Shown: piece by piece, positions 60,329 through 64,000 of the stretch
How positions within the stretch are numbered: position 1 is the stretch's first letter
Layout: each line of letters begins with the position of its first letter
Origin: a virus
Taxonomy: Duplodnaviria; Caudoviricetes
DNA length: 64,000 bases
Virus record (IMG/VR): IMGVR_UViG_3300013936_000025
Span: 4,048 to 68,047 of that record
Strand: one strand, 5' to 3'
The notes under the pieces: model-generated
Databases searched by the model: none
What the model was told of the DNA's origin: nothing
The model's input: only the letters and a program-made list of their open reading frames with translations
Program-made: the position numbers and the translations under genes

Positions 60329-60832
60329 TTACACATGGAAATAGGAACGTATATTAAACATTCCATCTTTATCTTTCAACTTATCAAGAGCTAGTAGATG
60401 TATAGCTTCAAACAATTCATTACTAGGAATACTAGATAATGACTTACCTACTATCTTAGCAATAGAGGTTGAACTATCAGAGTAAATCATATTCATAGTT
60501 ACATACATAGCCCACTTATTATAATAAGGTTCCTCTTCCATACAGACACCTTGGGATTCCATCATGGTTTCCCATTCTGACATATCCCAACATCCCTTAG
60601 GAGTCATATTGCTTACTATAGTAGTTGCCTCCTTCTTAGAAAGATAGTTATGCCAATTAATAGCTTCCAACTTATCAAGATAATCCTGTGCTACATCTGG
60701 TCTTAACTCTACCATATCTTTCATCATACCCTTCATAGTCTCACCAAAGACCTGCATATACTTAGGCTCACTAGAAGTAGCCATCTTAGTGTAGAGTCTA
60801 TTAAATTCATTCATTATTTCTTTCTGTTCCAT
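60329..60832 (-). CDS. Hypothetical helical protein, 167 aa
   Basis: ORF track; YNKWAMYVTMNMIYSD...LKDKDG pattern. Confidence 0.8.
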   Translation of the reverse strand: MEQKEIMNEFNRLYTKMATSSEPKYMQVFGETMKGMMKDMVELRPDVAQDYLDKLEAINWHNYLSKKEATTIVSNMTPKGCWDMSEWETMMESQGVCMEEEPYYNKWAMYVTMNMIYSDSSTSIAKIVGKSLSSIPSNELFEAIHLLALDKLKDKDGMFNIRSYFHV

Positions 60833-60843
60833 AGCTTTATGTA

Positions 60844-61275
60844 TTATTCAACAAGTAAATTCTTTAACTCTAGGAAATCATCTTCATTGAAGACTATTGT
60901 CTTATTGCTACCAAAGATAATATTGGTGAAGATATTCTCAGGAAGGGTAAGTGCTATCTTTCCTTTGCCAATGGAGCCTTTTACTACTCCTATATCAAAA
61001 GGAGATTCCTCTATACCTTTGAATAGTTCCAAGGCATCCATAAACAAGGTGTCCATATTGATGTTACCTTCCTCATCAGCAAAGAACAAAGCAGCATTGT
61101 CAATTCCATTGCTTATCTTGCCTTTATACTTATTGATGATGTTATGACATCCTCTCTTAATATATACTGATGGTACTGCCAAGGTAGGATTCTCCTTTAA
61201 CATGTCATCAACTCTTTCCTCTAGCCATAGGTCAATACTGCCTAGGAATTTCTCTTTCAATGTCTCTATATTCAT
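60844..61275 (-). CDS. Hypothetical protein, 143 aa
   Basis: ORF track; coupled to neighbours. Confidence 0.8.
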   Translation of the reverse strand: MNIETLKEKFLGSIDLWLEERVDDMLKENPTLAVPSVYIKRGCHNIINKYKGKISNGIDNAALFFADEEGNINMDTLFMDALELFKGIEESPFDIGVVKGSIGKGKIALTLPENIFTNIIFGSNKTIVFNEDDFLELKNLLVE

Positions 61276-61754
61276 TTCTGTTCCCCTTTCTGATTCTTAA
61301 TATAATTCAAATATTCTTGCCATGTCTTATCACTATGGTTTGCTATATAGTCTTTCCATAAAGCCATATTTTTATCCTCTTCTTGCAAGGCATTTTTCTT
61401 TAGTTTCCTAATAAGTGCAAGGTGTCTTTCCAAGGCTTCCTTGCCATCCTTAGTACTTTCTACAAGGGGTCTTATGAGCTTGAGTTCTTCCCTTTGAAGA
61501 ATATTGGCAACATCTTGATAACTTTCTACAAAGTCTTTATTTTGATTAAGAAAACTTTTCTGTGAATTAGTTAGACCATCCATTATCTTATCAATTTCAT
61601 CCCAGATAGGTGTTTTAGATTGCTGAGGCTGCATTGTAAAGTTATTCTTTTGTTTTTGTAATTCAGCAAATTTCTGTGCCCATTCAGCCATTTGTGAATC
61701 TATTGTAGGAGTTGATTGTTGTCCTCCTAATATGGGATCTGATGCAAAATTCAT
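61272..61754 (-). CDS. Hypothetical protein, 160 aa
   Basis: ORF track. Confidence 0.8.
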   Translation of the reverse strand: MNFASDPILGGQQSTPTIDSQMAEWAQKFAELQKQKNNFTMQPQQSKTPIWDEIDKIMDGLTNSQKSFLNQNKDFVESYQDVANILQREELKLIRPLVESTKDGKEALERHLALIRKLKKNALQEEDKNMALWKDYIANHSDKTWQEYLNYIKNQKGEQK

Positions 61755-61871
61755 AATGTATATCTTTTAAGTTGGTGATTATAAAGGAAGGTGCAGGCTC
61801 ACCTAGTTATAGGGTATTGCCTCTCACCAACCTATTTATTCTTCTTAGTTCTCTTTCTAGAGACCTTAGTC

Positions 61872-62642
61872 CTATGCACCTGTAGTTGTGGTACTACTGG
61901 CACATGAGCAGCCTGAGTAACTGCCATAACCATTTACAACTGGTGTATTTGGTAAAACTAACTGACCTCGAATGCAAGTGCAGGTCTTCTTGTCAGTATA
62001 ATCCATCAACAACCTATCTTGATAAGGTCTGATAGCCTTCAATACAGCAACTTCCTTGTCAAGTTCATTGAACTTAGCTGCATATTTCTCATTGAGGACA
62101 TCATAGCTATCTCTTTGATTCTTGTAAAGACCAAAGCCCTGCTGAACCATAGCATCCTTCAACTTAGCATTACTCTCAGTCTGAGACTTATAGAGACTAA
62201 ACTCTGCCTCCATAGCTCTCCTATTTTCAGAGTTCAATGCTTCTACAAAGCCTTTCCACATAGAGAATTTCTCTGCAACATCAGTCTCCCTCATTGCATA
62301 GAATTTATTGGATGTGTCAAGCTTCAAACCAAACATGTCAGTAAGTAGCTTAACCTCATCAGCATTCTCCTTCTCCATTACCTCCAGTGCTGTAGGAGCA
62401 GTATTACTAGTACTCATTCCACCATAGGTATTGATGTTTACATTGTCAGGCATACCTCCATTAAGGGATCCAAAAATGCTTCTGTTGTTATTACCAAACA
62501 ACCAGGAACCTGCACCAAGTGCAGTACCAATAATACCCAGTGTTAAGCCTGCATTGCCTGTGGATTTGCTAGCATACTCATGCTTTCTGTTGTCATCCTC
62601 ATAAATTTTCTTCTCGATGACTTTCTCATTTGTCATATCCAT
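61872..62642 (-). CDS. Hypothetical protein with Gly-rich hydrophobic segment and coiled coil, 256 aa
   Basis: GNAGLTLGIIGTALGAG segment; C-terminal CTC...GCSC. Confidence 0.8.
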   Translation of the reverse strand: MDMTNEKVIEKKIYEDDNRKHEYASKSTGNAGLTLGIIGTALGAGSWLFGNNNRSIFGSLNGGMPDNVNINTYGGMSTSNTAPTALEVMEKENADEVKLLTDMFGLKLDTSNKFYAMRETDVAEKFSMWKGFVEALNSENRRAMEAEFSLYKSQTESNAKLKDAMVQQGFGLYKNQRDSYDVLNEKYAAKFNELDKEVAVLKAIRPYQDRLLMDYTDKKTCTCIRGQLVLPNTPVVNGYGSYSGCSCASSTTTTGA

Positions 62643-62705
62643 GATACAATCTTATTAAACAATTAATATTAGATTTATAAATACACAAGTAACCGATTAC
62701 TGGAG

Positions 62706-62713
62706 CAAAGATA
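62706..62713 (-). promoter_or_regulatory. TAnnTTTG promoter box for the 62642 gene cluster
   Basis: Reverse complement TATCTTTG immediately after an upstream terminator. Confidence 0.6.
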
Positions 62714-62716
62714 TAA

Positions 62717-62752
62717 CAAAAAAGGCTAAACAACATTAAGTTGCTCAGCCTC
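62717..62752 (-). terminator. Terminator after the HTH gene
   Basis: Minus strand AGGCTGAGCAAC-TTAAT-GTTGTTTAGCCT-TTTTT. Confidence 0.65.
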
Positions 62753-62772
62753 TTATAGTAAGTCATTAAATA

Positions 62773-63108
62773 TCAAATATTTCTCTTGAGCAACATAAGT
62801 TGCTTTAGTTGCTCAACATCATCATATTTCCATACTAAAGAATGTTGATGAAGTATCTTCTTTCCTCTAGGAAGGACTCCTTTCACTACAATCCTATCCA
62901 AAGTAGATGAACTAATACTCAGTTCCCCACACACTTCTTTCTTAGTTAACCATTCCTTTTTGTCTATAGCAGTACCTCTTCTATCTAATTCATACTTAGC
63001 AAGATTACTAAAGTAAGTAATATCTGCTTTTGAGCATTCCCCATTACTGATCATTGACTTAAATTTATCCAAAGCACTGCAAAGATATTGTTCTTTAAGC
63101 TGCATCAT
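62773..63108 (-). CDS. AlpA/excisionase-like HTH DNA-binding protein
   Basis: WLTKKEVCGELSISSSTLDRIVVKGVLP...W. Confidence 0.75.
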   Translation of the reverse strand: MMQLKEQYLCSALDKFKSMISNGECSKADITYFSNLAKYELDRRGTAIDKKEWLTKKEVCGELSISSSTLDRIVVKGVLPRGKKILHQHSLVWKYDDVEQLKQLMLLKRNI

Positions 63109-63674
63109 GTTTTTTTTCTCTCCATTGCCTTTACTATCTCATCATACTTTTCTTTTCTTGCTTTACTTCCTTTAAATAAATCTGTTATACCTAGTATAAA
63201 TGAGAAAAACAAGTTCTTAATTATCTTAGGAATATCTGCTTTATGTTTCCACCATAAACCAAGTATCTCCATAGCATATATGCAGAGAGTACAGTATATT
63301 AAAATGTAATGAGAGTCAACCATCTCATTAGTGCAAAAGTAAGAACCATAGTACCATCTCTCTACATTAATAAATATAAAGTAAACAAAAGGCACTCTGA
63401 ATAGATTACATCTTCTAAAGAGATAAGTAGCAGGTAAGAATATAGCTGGTATAACAAGATATATCAAGCTATAAATCCAAGCTATGCATATACTATTAGC
63501 CTCTGGATAATCAAGAACCTCATGAGTATTTTGAGAAAACACATAGAATATATACCAATGGGATAACATAATACCAAGAGGTACTATCACTGCACACCAT
63601 TTGTAAAGTGTCCATATACTTCTTTCTCCTTGAGTGGGCATACTACTTTCTTCTGAGTCTACAAAATCTACCAT
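63105..63674 (-). CDS. Multi-pass membrane protein, 189 aa
   Basis: Four hydrophobic segments; ATGG/TAG overlap with the HTH gene. Confidence 0.75.
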   Translation of the reverse strand: MVDFVDSEESSMPTQGERSIWTLYKWCAVIVPLGIMLSHWYIFYVFSQNTHEVLDYPEANSICIAWIYSLIYLVIPAIFLPATYLFRRCNLFRVPFVYFIFINVERWYYGSYFCTNEMVDSHYILIYCTLCIYAMEILGLWWKHKADIPKIIKNLFFSFILGITDLFKGSKARKEKYDEIVKAMERKKT

Positions 63675-63727
63675 AGTAATCTGTTTTTAAGTTAATTTTT
63701 TATTCTTATTTAAATTAAATGATGCTG

Positions 63728-63735
63728 CAAATATA
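63728..63735 (-). promoter_or_regulatory. TAnnTTTG promoter box (TATATTTG)
   Basis: Reverse complement motif upstream of the 63674 start. Confidence 0.6.
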
Positions 63736-63940
63736 ATAATTATTCTACTGAAATCCTCCATTTTGAAAATAAATTATAGTTAAACATTATTAATAGTATC
63801 AAATTAACAGATTTATTGGTTAAATAAGCAATATATCTTATAATTTGAAACTTTATACTTAACCTAAATAAGAAATATTCATTAAGTATGTATGGTGAGG
63901 AGGCTTGCTATCTGATGGGAGGATTGATGCAAGCAAGTAT

Positions 63941-63976
63941 AAGGAAAGGTAAGCTATAAACTTACCTTTCCCTTTT
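63941..63976. terminator. Hairpin terminator
   Basis: GGAAAGGTAAG-CTATAAA-CTTACCTTTCC followed by a T-run. Confidence 0.7.
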
Positions 63977-64000
63977 TGTTTAAATCCTTTGCCAGTGCCA

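Noticed and set aside
62729-62804. Repeated CAAC-n-GTTGCT palindromes as HTH operator sites
   Set aside because: One copy is explained as the terminator stem and the other lies within coding sequence; evidence is insufficient.
1-64000. Stop-codon reassignment (TAG to Gln or TGA to Trp), known in some crAss-like phages
   Set aside because: Very long ORFs (3943, 1317, 1069 and 802 aa) are intact under code 11, all three stops end genes, and no suppressor tRNA was seen in this window.
1-64000. CRISPR array, DGR, integrase or IS element
   Set aside because: No regularly spaced repeats, reverse transcriptase, recombinase or transposase motifs were found.

Overview
A 64-kb segment of a Crassvirales (crAss-like) phage genome, read with the standard genetic code. 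Repeated TAnnTTTG promoter boxes point to a Bacteroidota host. Bases 1-36.1 kb (+ strand) hold two tRNA-Arg genes (one degenerate), an SF2 helicase, a stand-alone toxin/immunity-like cassette and a replication/nucleotide-metabolism block: DnaB, AAA ATPase, SSB, primase, UNG, nucleases, NrdD/NrdG, dUTPase, PolA and a ThyX-like protein. Bases 36.3-52.1 kb (+) encode a 3943-aa polyvalent virion RNA polymerase (zincin, ART-like, SF1 helicase, kinase-like, then the DFDVD RNAP) and a second giant cargo-type protein. Bases 54-63.7 kb (-) encode lysins, the portal and a cassette of unknown genes. Selfish elements are dense: two group I introns with resolvable splice junctions, one intein and two free-standing homing endonucleases. 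The most striking feature lies directly after the primase: what looks like a complete phage-encoded ubiquitin-like conjugation operon (Ubl precursor, E2-like, JAB/JAMM protease, E1/ThiF). It is hidden from ORF callers because a group I intron carrying two convergent LAGLIDADG genes splits the JAMM motif (H|SH). All family assignments come from motif recognition by eye; no searches were run.
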